Shown here one piece after another: positions 16,181 to 29,400 of a stretch of 64,000 bases of DNA (its first letter is position 1; every line of letters begins with the position of its first letter). Position numbers and translations under genes: made by a program. This stretch comes from Balanoglossus misakiensis (lineage: Eukaryota > Animalia > Hemichordata), in the NCBI GenBank assembly GCA_040954595.2, contig CM082590.2, forward strand, positions 5,394,001-5,458,000, in the 5' to 3' direction. The notes under the pieces are model-generated. The model was given only the letters and a program-made list of their open reading frames with translations, was not told the DNA's origin and did not search any database.

Positions 16181-16953
16181 TGGTCTCGGTTACCCAGAGC
16201 CCTCTGCTTCTTCCGTTGGGCACTCCAGAAAGAGGGTCTGGGGAAACCCGGTAGACAAATCGCTATATTCCAAAATGGCGACGTCCTGCGCGCGAACCCA
16301 CGGCCGACATGTATGACATACGATAAAGAAAACATGCTGAGAAGTGCTAGACCTGCTAAAACTGTATACAAATTGAAAAGAGAGAGAGAAGTTTGGTAAA
16401 TAGTTTTCTAATATCGTCATATCATAATATCGTATCGAATATTAATCTCCCGTCATGCATCGCAGCTGTCCCGATTCCGCCTGGCGATTTGGCTGGTACC
16501 CTGCCTCGGTGACAAACACCAAAGAGGCAGGTAAACACAAACCGCCATATTTAGAATTGTGGAATCTGATTGGCTAATAAATGAACGTTCTATAACTTCC
16601 GGGCTACATTCAATCCGTCGCGTTTCTTGACATTCATTTTTACTCTTCCCAAATATACATATTTTTAAAAAAACAACAGTTTATGATGGAAGTGAAGCTA
16701 AAATCAATACAACTACTGACACAAATATTGGCTGGTATGCGCATTAGCCACTTCCGGGAAAGTGTAAAAAAACTAACACTTTTCAAAATGGCGGTCGGCG
16801 TTTATCTGCGTCTATCTTCGTGACGCGTCTTTTTGCCAAGTCACGTGAGACACAGTGTTCAGCGAACCTGGCGATTTGTCTACCGGGTTTCCCCAGACCC
16901 TCTTTCTGGAGTGCCTAACGGAAGAAGCAGAGGGCTCTGGGTAACCGAGACTA
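16181..16953. mobile_element. MITE with ~80-bp TIRs and 10-bp TSD (TAG..CTA termini; AcademH-like non-autonomous element)
   Basis: Left TIR T(G)GTCTCGGTTACCCAGAGCCCTCTGCTTCTTCCGTT..., right end ...GGGTAACCGAGACTA. AAGCTAGGAC is duplicated at 16171-16180 and 16954-16963. Sister units show the empty site ATCTCAAGCTAGGACCTGCTG. Confidence 0.9.
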
Positions 16954-18490
16954 AAGCTAGGACCTGCTGCTTATAAAATGTAGTTTACAATAAAGCAGCG
17001 AAAGAGGTAATACGTCTAACCAGTAACATTGTAAGTAAAAAGTCGTCATGAGAGACCGGGACTTCTCCCACACCACTGAAGATTACAATTATATCATCAC
17101 CATCAAAGTGTGGCATACATAATCTATCCCAGTACTATAATGGCGTCATGCTTGTTTTAAACTACCAAAATTATGTTGTTGTTTTTGACAGTGCGGGATT
17201 TGGGAGGATACTGGCTTTGCTCAGGACCAATCTTTATCTAATACATGCAACGCCTGTATTTAGTAATGTGTTACTATTCTAACTAAAGATATGAGCCCTT
17301 ATTTTAAATAGTGGAAATACAGAGACGGATTTTAACTGTTTGGCCGAAACTATTTTTGAGAAGTAACGTGCTTTATCAACACACTGTGTTGTATGATACC
17401 GAAACCAGATGCAACTTTGTTTTGTCAAATATATAATATAAGGCCGCATTATTTAACAATGACTCGAAAGTCGTCGATCAAAATCACACTGACGCACAAC
17501 GTGTGGCTAACGGACAGTACGCTTTTTCAGAACGTTCAGATCCTGGTCGCTCATAAATTTCCAATAATCAAAATAGTCCAAAAATCCACAGACTACAGAC
17601 TTTGGTCTTATGATTTCCCAGACTATTTCTGAAAACATACGTCAATGCTAACTAACAGTTGACATATCTTAGCCAGACTCCTCTGGAAGCAACTTGCTAC
17701 ACAGCGGAGCGATTAAGGGGTGGACGACCGTTCCCTTGCGAGCGACGCACGGGACAATGGACTCTAGTGGAAAGAGGGGGTAGTACTGTGGGGTTTTAAA
17801 TATTTGTCATCTTGCTGTCAAAATTTGCAGTCTTGCCATGTTGAACGTAACATTTAAACATCGCCAGGATTTCACTGTGCGAAATAATTGTAAATATAGG
17901 ATATTTTGAAAGAAAGCAGAATAAGTTTTTATTTTGAATGTGGATGTGACCATCAATACTAAAGCTGCCATCCCCTCTGAATAATTGTACAGCCTACGTT
18001 GATCACCTGATCAACACGTTACCAATATGGCTATACTCCCGTCACACGCAGGCGATAAGTTTACATTTCTGGCCGTTATTTTTTTTATCTCGGCGCGCGA
18101 ATCTTTTCAAAGCTTAGCGTATGCATGTATGTTTGACCGATATCGCGTTGCATTTTGGTAATATGACAATATTTTAACTCCTTGCTGCACAACTCAAAAT
18201 ATGAAAAAAATGTGGCTACATTACCTGAATACAACGCGATACTGGTAAAACTTGTTGTAATATCTCCTAAATCCCCATAATGTAATATGGACATGGGACT
18301 CGGAAGAAATGACAGTTGTAAAAGAAATGCTGGAGTGTCTAATGAATGTGTCGTTTAGGATAGACTCAGAAACGCGACAACACCCACTTTGCAATGTAAA
18401 CAAAAATGTCGACATGCACTGTGAACTCGCACCTATAAAACAAAGATAAGGCAAATGCGTCCAACATGAATAATGCTCGTTCTTTAAAAT

Positions 18491-18948
18491 AATATGAGGT
18501 TATTACGAAAATACCGCAAAGTATGCACGAGGACATTAGCGCCAAGTATCACCCGACGCGTAGCGGAGGGCGATGCGCTGCGCTAATGTCCGAGTGCATA
18601 CTTTGCGGTATTTTCGTAATAACCTTATTATTATACATCTTACATCTCCGTTAGTTCTTGTGTTGCATGTTACTTGGCTTTCAAAACGCCAAAAATGCCG
18701 CTACAATCGATCGAAAACCGCTCAGTTGACTCAGTGAGCAGCCATCTTTGTTTTTTGTTTACGTGTGCGCACGTGCGTTGGAGTGGGGGCGCCTTGAAAC
18801 CGTCCGCATAACAACGCATACCTGTACACGGTGAGTTGGGGCGCCTTGAAACCTAAAACTTATTTAACGCGCGTTCCGTACGTACCGTTCCGTACGGCTT
18901 TTTATTGCACGCCAAAATCTATTGTTCTCGGCACTAGATGTATAATAA
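18491..18948. mobile_element. Hairpin-ended non-autonomous element with a subterminal inverted repeat
   Basis: Hairpin 18497-18625 (AGGTTATTACGAAAATACCGCAAAGTATGCAC...GTGCATACTTTGCGGTATTTTCGTAATAACCT), then TTATTATACATCT, whose reverse complement AGATGTATAATAA ends the element. The empty site is visible at ~21650. Confidence 0.8.
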
Positions 18949-19513
18949 TGTTTTAGATGTTCAGGATTTTAATTAAGAATACCTCTTGCCAACCTTCGTC
19001 TTCTTTTTATAATGTCGAATAAAATCATAGTCTTGTTGCATAATTTCAAAACTCGTATAAAAAAATCATTATTTTAAAATTATCTAACTTTAGTCTTGAA
19101 CTCAATACTCTCTACACATAGATTTCTGAATAACACGCCGTCAAAGCCACTGGATGTCGACCTGCATACACGGTCAGAAAAGTCGCTGAATGACAGAGCA
19201 GACAACTTTAAAAAAACCGCATTGATAACAACGCCACTTTGTGTCATCTACCGCAGTCCCCTATTGCCTGGCACGAAAGGAATTCAGTCGAAACCACTCG
19301 ACGTCAATTATTGCAACCACTGTTTATCTTTACGCGCAGAAAAGTACCCCAGCTGTAAAATATAAACATATAAAGTCTGAATTTGTTTCTCCCTATAAAT
19401 GTATTTTATACCCATCAGCTGTCTTGTAGTGTTAATTGTTGATTCGTGTACACATACATATGTTGGAATGTACCAGCTTTGCCGGGAGCATGTGTGGAAT
19501 TAATAACTTAATG

Positions 19514-21261
19514 TTAAGTAGTGCGTAAAACGGATAAACGCTGAGTACGTTCAAGGTGGCATTGCATGAAAAGTTGTGACTTTTGCCAAAGTTTACTTTT
19601 TTACATAAATCGGTAGGTCTAATACTGATCCACATTCTGACAAATGCGTCTTGGCGGAAATGGTGCATAATCACTTTATCTGAATGAGTCCTCAGCTTAA
19701 GAAATAGTTGTCGAAAATGCAAATTGCCGTTTTTCTCAGTTTTCATTTTCGCTGCTTTTGACAACTTCAGAAGAATTTAGCTTCGCTCTGCGTTGGCCGA
19801 ATTTGCTCAAATTTTAACAGGGGATTGTGTATGACCCATCTAACAATACGAAATATATTTAGTCGATAAAGTGTCCCTGGCGGGAATAAACTCTGATTCA
19901 ATACAACTCACCGTGAATTTGATCAAATTTCCTAAAAATCTAACTTTCAAACGCTGTTACTCCTCAATCGAAGCAGATAACGCAAAACTGAATTTTCGTT
20001 TTTTTAACGTTTTGAATGACATATTTAGATGCATGATGCATGATCAACTTTTTACCTAATTTCAATTGAATGACATAATATCAAAAAATGTTTGTTTTTA
20101 ACCCCAAAACGCCACCATTTTTGAGGGTCATTAAAATGTGCAACTCAAACAAAAGTTCAAAAACTCAGCTACCAGAATATGTATGGTTTATATGGGTTTT
20201 AAAGTTGTCTTTGATGAGAAATAGGCGCCAAAGATTACAAAATAAACATCACCATAAATGTGTGGCATACAGAATCTATCCCAGTACTATGGTGACGTCA
20301 TTCTAAAACGCATGCTTGTTTTAAACTACCAAAATTATCTTGTTGTTTTTGATAGTGCGGGATTTGGAAGGATACTGGCTTTGCTCAGAACAAATCGTTA
20401 TCATACAACGCCAGTATTTACTAATGTGTTAGTATTCTAACTGAATATGAGCCAGTATTTTCACTAGTTAAAACATAGAAACGGGTTTTAACTGTTTGGC
20501 TGGAACTATTTTTGAGGAGTAACGTGCTTTATCATCACACTATGTTGTATGATATCGAACTCAGAGCAATTTTGTTTTATCATAGATATAATATAAGGCC
20601 GCATTATTTCACAATGACTCGAAACTCGTCGATCAAAATCACACTAACGCACAACGTGTATGTTGTTGTAGCTAACGCGCAGTACACTTTCAGTACGTTC
20701 AGATCCTGGTCGCTCATAAATTTCCAGCTGTATAGTCCAAAAATCCACGGACTACAGACTTTGGTCTTATGATTTCCCAGACTATTTCTGAAAACATACG
20801 TCAATGCTAACTAACAGTTGACATATCTTAGCCAGACTCCTCTGGAAGCAACTCGCTACACAGTGGAGCGAATAAGGGGTGGACGACCGTTCCCTTGCGA
20901 GCGACGTACGGGACAATGGACTCTAGTGGAAAGAGGGGGTAGTACTGTGGGGTTTTAAATATTTGTCATCTTGCTGTCAAAATTTGCAGTCTTGCCATGT
21001 TGAACGTAACATTTAAACTTCGCCAGGATTTCACTGTGCGAAATAATTGTAAATATAGGATATTTTGAAAGAAAGCAGAATAAGTTTTTATTTTGAATGT
21101 GGATGTGACCATTAATACTAAAGCTGCCACCCTTTTGAATAATTCTACAGCCAACGTTGATCACCTGATCGACATGTTACCAACATGGCTATACTCCCGC
21201 GACCCCAGGCGATAGTTTCAAATTTCTGGCCGTGAATTTGTTTATCTCGGCGCACTATCTT
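19514..21261. mobile_element. Probable non-autonomous DNA transposon (Kolobok-like, TTAA-flanked); partial copies at ~17105-18100 and ~24098-25398
   Basis: The left end TTAAGTAGTGCG..GGATAAA imperfectly matches the reverse complement of the right end TTTATCTCGGCGCACTATCTT. The interior is unrelated to array modules and is duplicated with them. Confidence 0.45.
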
Positions 21262-22999
21262 CGCTAGGCTTAGCGCTTTTTAAAGGTTTGCATGTATGTT
21301 TGACCGATATCGTGTTGCATTTTGGTAATATGACAATATTTTAACTCCTTGCTGCACAACTCAAAATATGAACAAATGTGGCTACATTACCTAAACACAA
21401 CGCGATACTGGTAAAACTTGTTGTAATATCTCCTAAATATTAATCCCCATAATGTAAAATGGAAATGGGACTCGGAGCAAATGACAGGTGTACAGGAGAT
21501 GTTGGAGTGTCCAAGGAATATGTCGTTTAGGATAGACTCAGAAACGCGACACCACCCACTTTGCAATGTAAACAAAAATGCTGACATGCACTGTGAACTC
21601 GCACCTATAAAACAAAGATATTGCGTCCAACACGAATAATGCTCGTTCGTTAAAATAATGTTTTAGATGTTCAGGATTTTAATTAAGAATACCTCTTGCC
21701 AACCTTCGTCTTCTTTTTATAATGTTGAATAAAATCATAGTCTTGTTGCATAATTTCAAAACTGGTATAAAAAAATTATTATTTTAAAATTAGCTAACTT
21801 TAGTCTTGAACTCAATACTCTCTCCACATAGATTTCTGAATAACACGCCATCAAAGCCACTGGATGTCGACCTGCATACAAGGTCAGAAAAGTCGCTGAA
21901 TGACAGAGCAAACAACTTTAAAGAAACCGCATTGATAACATCGCCACTTTGTGTGGTTCACTGCTCACCACTGCCTCGCACAAATGGAATTCAGTCGAAA
22001 CCACTCGACGTCAATTATTGCACCCACTGTTTATCTTTACGCACAGAAAAGTACCCCAGCTGTAAACTATAAACATATAAAGTCTGAATTTGTTCCTCCC
22101 TATTAATGTATTTTATACCCATCAGCTGTGTTGTAATGTTAATTGTTGATTCGTGTACACATACATACGTTGGAATGTACCAGCGTTGCCGGGAGCATGT
22201 GTGGAATTTCAGTTTAAAGAAAACATGAGAATGACTATAAAATTCAGCACAAAGAGGGAACTGAAGAGGCTCTCCAATCTAGAATTTTGTGAGGCGAGAC
22301 ATGTTTGAAAGGCAATCGACACATGCCCCACAACAAATGCACTTACTAGAACATCAGTAGAGGACAAACAGTTTTAGTCAGGTCAGGCCAATTTTTGACT
22401 TCCATCCCTGTACCATGTTGTCCCCTCTCTGGGCGCACACCAAGTCAACCGGATACAACGCCCTCACATGTGCAACGAATGTAATTTTTTTTGTTAGACA
22501 ACTACTTGCAGAATCTGGCCTACACCTTCATCTGATTACATTTTGAGTCAGTGAGACTCCACGTGTACCAGTGTTAATTGTGTCATTTTTATCAGCACCC
22601 TTCATTTGCATTAATCCTTTTGACCACAATTTATTACCTCATTCATCTTTTTGACTATATTGATTAAAACATAGACCGGCCACTATTCATTTTACGGCAG
22701 CATTTTGTGCGTTGCCAAAATTGGTCGTGGTTTAATTCGCACGTGTATAATTATTAATAGGACAGTTCCAGCACTGGCGAAACAGGGCCAATCAGAACGT
22801 GCGTCTGATAAGTGTATTCAGTAAATTAAACTGTCACTTTGCCTACAGCCGAGTATTTTTATTTATACTTCAGAGCATGTGAGTGTTGGCTGATTGATGA
22901 TGATTCGCTGCTCCGTTTCGGTGATGGTGTAACGAACAGTCGAGGAGTGACCGTGTGTAAATCCTTTTGCTCGTGTCCGCTTATTATCCGGGGACTTAA

Positions 23000-23439
23000 A
23001 CCCCGGTGCGGGGTATAAAAGACCCCCCAAATCAGTGGCGAAACTTAATGCCGTTTGACTGACAACAGACAACACCAACGATCTTGGCTCTATGAAAATC
23101 GGCCCAAACAGGTCCAAGCATAAATAATTACACCACACAACGACAGTAGTTGGCTTTTTAAACACACACAACATAAAGTTATCGACGAAAAAGTACACGA
23201 GCTTATGAAACAACGATGATTTTGGGAGAAATCTGGTTTCAGTGCTTTTCAGAAGCGTCCCTGGGAAACAATAACCACGCCATTCAAACAGTTGTCAATC
23301 GCGTGGAAGTGTGAAGTGTTCAATTATTTTCTGTGTACATGAGAGCAATTACACAGTCATTATGCACGACGACCACTCCCAAATAAACAACTATACAAAC
23401 ACACGTTAATCCGAACCCCAGGACTTTCCGCACCGGGGT
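23000..23439. mobile_element. MITE with TTAA TSD (piggyBac/Kolobok-type target)
   Basis: TTAA(22996-99) ACCCCGGTGCGG ... CCGCACCGGGGT TTAA(23440-43). Sister units read GGAGACTTCAGTGGAGTC with no insertion. Confidence 0.85.
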
Positions 23440-26400
23440 TTAAGTGGAGTCGCGAAGGTCTGACTGTCAAATGGACACCGGTCAAACAAGTACACAGTAA
23501 ATCATAACATGTTGATTTGAATATTTTATTTCAAGGGGTTAATTTTAGAAATGTTGGCCAATTTTGAATCTATAGGCATAATTGTGTGTATACTGGTAAA
23601 ATCATTTACACTATATTACAGTTCTGTATTCAAAACCCTGTCCACGATCCTATACAAACAGTGATACATGCAGTGATAGAACAGGCAGAAATTTCGGGCC
23701 TTATCACGAAACCGTGTCTACAGCACATTATATAGCTATGTCAGCCCAGCTGTCACATATATTGTGAAAGGCTGGCGCCATACCTGCGTCACCTTGAAGG
23801 AACTCATGTCGGGTCAGAGGTCATCATTCATTTGTATTGCATGACTCCGGTCTGCCATGTTTATAGACACATTGTCAGAATGACTACAATGTAACACAGG
23901 CATGTATTTCAACAGGTGTTTTATCTCAAGCTAGGACCTGCTGCTCATAAAAAGTTAGTTTACAATAAAGCTGCGAAATAGGGAATACGTGTAACCAGTA
24001 AAATTTTAAATAAAATGTCGTAATGAAAGACCGGGAATTCTCTGTTATTCGTCACACGTTGGATAACCGCGTGTGTCATGAAGAAATTAACTTAACGTTA
24101 AGTAGTGCGGATAAACGCTGAGTAAGTTCAAGGTGGCATTGCATGAAAAGTTGTGACTTTTGCCAAATTTTACTTTTTTACATAAATCGGTAGGTCTAAT
24201 ACTGATCCACATTCTGACAAATGCGTCTTGGCGGAAATGGTGCATAATCACTTTATCTGAATGAGTCCTCAGCTTAAGAAATAGTTGTCGAAAATGCAAA
24301 TTGCCGTTTTTCTCAGTTTTCATTTTCGCTGCTTTTGACAACTTCAGAAGAATTTAGCTTCGCTCTGCGTTGGCCGAATTTGCTCAAATTTTAACAGGGG
24401 ATTGTGTATGACCCATCTAACAATACGAAATATATTTAGTCGATAAAGTGTCCCTGGCGGGAATTAACTCTGATTCAATACAACTCACCGTGAATTTGAT
24501 CAAATTTCCTAAAAATCTAACTTTCAAACGCTGTTACTCCTCAATCGAAGCAGATAACGCAAAACTGAATTTTCGTTTTTTTAACGTTTTGAATGACATA
24601 TTTAGATGCATGATGCATGATCAACATTTTACCTTATTTCAATTGAATGACATAATATCAAAAAATGTTTGTTTTTAGCCCCAAACCGCCACCATTTTTG
24701 AGGGTCATTAAAATGTGCAACTCAAACAAAAGTTCAAAAACTCAGTTACCAGAATATCTATGGTTTATATGGGTTTTAAAGTTGTCTTTGATGAGAAATA
24801 GGCGCCAAAGATTACAAAATAAACATCACCATAAAAGTGTGGCATACAGAATCTATCCCAGTACTATGGTGACGTCATTCTAAAATGCATGCTTGTTTTA
24901 AACTACCAAAATTATCTTGTTGTTTTTGATAGTGCGGGATTTGGAAGGATACTGGCTTTGCTCAGAACAAATCGTTATCATAGAACGCCAGTATTTACTA
25001 ATGTGTTAGTATTCTAACTGAATATGAGCCAGTATTTTCACTAGTTAAAACATAGAAACGGGTTTTAACTGTTTGGCCGGAACTATTTTTGAGGAGTAAC
25101 GTGCTTTATCATCACACTATGTTGTATGATATCGAACTCAGATGCAATTTTGTTTTGTCATAGATATGATATAAGGCCGCATTATTTCACAAAGACTCGA
25201 AACTCGTCGATCAAAATCACACTAACGCACAACGTGTATGTTGTTGTAGCTAACGTGCAGTACACTTTCAGTTCGTTCAGATCCTGGTCGCTCATAAATT
25301 TCCAGCTGTATAGACCAAAAATCCACGGACTACCGATTTTGGTCTTATGATTTCCCAGACTATTTCTGAAAACATACGTCAATGCTAACTAAAAGTTGAA
25401 ATAATGTTTTAGATGTTCAGGATTTTAATTAAGAATACCTCTTGCCAACCTTCGTCTTCTTTTTATAATGTCGAATAAAATCATAGTCTTGTTGCATAAT
25501 TTCAAAACTCGTATAAAAAAATTATTATTTTAAAATTAGCTAACTTTAGTCTTGAACTCAATACTCTCTCCACATAGATTTCTGAATAACACGCCATCAA
25601 AGCCACTGGATGTCGACCTGCATACAAGGTCAGAAAAGTCGCTGAATGACAGAGCAAACAACTTTAAAGAAACCGCATTGATAACATCGCCACTTTGTGT
25701 GGTTCACTGCTCACCACTGCCTCGCACAAATGGAATTCAGTCGAAACCACTCGACGTCAATTATTGCACCCACTGTTTATCTTTACGCACAGAAAAGTAC
25801 CCCAGCTGTAAACTATAAACATATAAAGTCTGAATTTGTTCCTCCCTATAAATGTATTTTATACCCATCAGCTGTGTTGTAATGTTAATTGTTGATTCGT
25901 GTACACATACATATGTTGGAATGTACCAGCGTTGCCGGGAACATGTGTGGAATTTCAGTTTAAAGAAAAAATGAGAATGACTATAAAATTCAGCACAAAG
26001 AGGGAACTGAAGAGGCTCATCAATCAAGACTTTGTGAGGCGAGACATGTTTGAAAGGCGGTTGACACATGACCCACAACACACGCACTGATAAGAACAAC
26101 AGTATAAGACCCACGTTGACAAACAGTTTTAGACAGGTCAGGCCAAATTTTGATTTCCATCCCTGTACTACTATTGTCCCCCCCTCTGGGCGCAAACCAA
26201 GTCAATCGAATTCAACGCCCTAACACGTGCAATGTAGACAACCGTTTCCTTGGCAATTGCTTGCAGTTAATATTGTCGTAGAGAATGGCCTTCATCACTA
26301 CCTGCATCTTAACATTTGGATTCGGTGAGACTCCAAGTGTACCAGTGTTAATTGTGGCATCTTTATCAGCACCGTTCATTCGCATTAATCCTTTTCGATT

Positions 26401-29400
26401 AAGATTTATTGAAACCTAGACCAGTGTCCATAAAGTTGTCAGCCAATATTGATTTTATTGTTGTTATCAGCGCTTTCTCAGTGGTACTAAGTAATGGAGA
26501 CTACTATAAAACGTATTCATAAATTTGACCTTTCAGCTATGATGTTTGGGACTATATGTACATCAAGAATTGTTTTTGTAGATATTCCGATCCATTTGTT
26601 TGTTTGGAATTAATTGTCATACATACAATCTATTCAGCTTGTAATGAGAAGCAAGTTAATTTGTGTCTTAAAGATTAAATACACGTACTGTTTATTGTAT
26701 TGGATTTAGCTAACTTTAGTCATATTACACTTAACGCCGATTTCTGAATGACACGCCGTCAAAGCAACTGTACGTCGACCTGCATACACGATCACAAAAA
26801 TCGCTCAATGCCAGAGCAAATAACTGTACAACAACCGCATTGATAACAGCGTCACTTTGCATGGTTTATTTCTGTTCACTACTGCCTTGCACAAATGGAA
26901 TTCAACCAAAACCACTCGCTTTGGTTTATTTCGCATGCTTTTAATTCTTCATCGGGCAATTCCAGCGCTAGTCTAGCATCTAGCCGTATTTTGTCCGCTT
27001 TGCTTTCATAATTATGTCTAGAGTCATGCATGCTACTACATGCCACTGGCCGAATAAAACCTGGGAATTGTGATGTAACTAGCGTCCCTCTGAAGTCAAT
27101 CCCAGACTGTTTTTCCTAGGATTGGACAAATGATATACATATGTGCAATTAAGGATGGGTAAAATTTTTATTTCAAATTAGCCCCACCATCGCTATAATC
27201 TAACGCCCAATCACCAGTGTTCAGGTTATGTGATTGACTACAAGGGGATGCTAGTTACATCACAACTCCTAGACTATTCGAGCGCTGGCGAAATGGAACC
27301 AATCAGAACGTGCGTCTCATAAATGTATCGACATGTAAATTTTAACCGGTACTTTGCCATGCCGATTGGTATTATTTTTTTCTACCGCAGATCGCTGTCC
27401 TGCGTGAGTGTTGGGTGATTGATGGTGATTCGCTGCTCTGTTTCGGCGATGGTGTAAATAACAGTCCAGGAGTGACCGTGTGTAAATGCATGTGCCCGTG
27501 TCCGCTTATTATCCGAAGACTTCAGTGGAGTCGCTAAGGTCTGACTGTCAAAAGGACACCGCTCGAACAAGTATGCAGTAAATCATGACATATTGAGTAG
27601 AATATTGTATTTCAAGGGGTATAATTTTTTGAAAATTGGGCCAGGACAGGCCTAAATTGCAGGCCCAGTCAGACGAAATTGTGTCTACAGCACATTATAT
27701 AGCTATGTCAGCCCAGCTGTCACATATATTGTGAAAGGCTAGCGCCATACCTGTGTCACCTTGAAGGAACTCATGTCGGGTCAGAGGTCATCATTCATTT
27801 ATATTGCATGACTCCGGTCTGCCATGTTTATAGACACACTGTCAGAATGACTACAAAGTACCACAGGCATGTATTTCAACAGGTGTTTTATCTCAAGCTA
27901 GGACCTGCTGCTCATAAAAAGTTAGTTTACAACAAATCAGCGAAAGGGTTAAATACGTGTAACCAGAAAAAACTGTAAATAAAATGTCGTCATGAGAGAC
28001 CGGGACTTCTCTGGGTTTTTTTGTCACACGTTGGATAACCGCGCGTGTATTGAAAAAACATTAACTAGGTCGTAAGAAGGATAAACGCCAACTTGAAGTA
28101 GGTTAATTTAAGTTGACATATAATATCCATAAATTATAAGACCCACATTGACAAACAGTTTTAGACAGGTCAGTCCAATTTTTTATTTCCATCCCTGTAC
28201 TACTGTTGTCCTCCCTCTTGTCGCTAACGAGTCAATCGGATTCAACGCCCTAACACGTGTAATGTAGATAAGCAATTGCTTGCAGTTATTATTGTCATAG
28301 AGAATGGCCTTCATCAACACCTTCATCCGATTATATTTGGAGTCAGTGAGATTGCATGTGTACCAGTGTTAATTGTGTCATCTTTATCAGCACCGTTCAT
28401 TCGCATTAATCCTTTTCAACTAGGATTTATTTAAACCGAGACCAGTATTCATAAAATTGTCAGCCAATATTGATGTTATTGCTGTTATCAGCGCTCTCTC
28501 AGTGGTACGAAGTAAAGGAGTATGGGGGATGTTTGTGACCTGGCCACTATAAAATGTATTCATAAATTAGACCTTTCAGCTATGATGTTTGGGACTATAT
28601 GTACATCAAGAATTGTTGTAGTGGATATTCCGATCCGTGGAATCCGTTTTGAAATTAATTGTCATACAAACAATCTATTCAGCTTGTAATCAGATTAAAT
28701 TTAATTTGGGCCTTAAAGACTAAATACATATAAACTGTTTATTGATTTGGCTTTATGGCATACCGAAACCACTCAACACATTTTATAGCACAGAATGTTT
28801 TAGTTGGTAGAGAAATACTCCGCCATTCAAGCACACAATCAAGCAGGATAGAAACACTTCTCAACCAGGTCACGATAACGTCAGGATTATCATGAGCTAG
28901 AATTCATACAGCTGTTTTGCATTCAACACATTGACGTAAACTATTCCCCCCCCCCCATTGTACAGTTTCTGCGTTGCCAGAAGAGACCATGTTTTATTTC
29001 TCTAGAATTAATCAATCATTCTTCAGCCAGTTACAGAGTTGACGAAACGGAGCCAATCAGAATGTACGTCTCACAAATGTGTTCACATATAAATTAAACC
29101 GTTACTTGTCCAGTACTATTCTATTTTGACTGCAGATCGCTGTCTTACGTGAATGTTGCATGATTGATTTGGGGTTTTGTGCTACTCCGTTTTCTTGGCA
29201 AGCTCAGTCGAGCAGTGATGACTGTGTTCTAACCAGTACAACGGTAAATCCTGACACGTTAAGTAGATTCATGAGTGTGAGTACACATATGTTCCACAGT
29301 AGATTGCATCAGGGACATACTGTACTGTCTACAGGATCGCGCGTCAGAATAGTCAAGTATCTAGTATCTAGCCGTATTTTGTCCGCTTTGCTTCCAAAAC

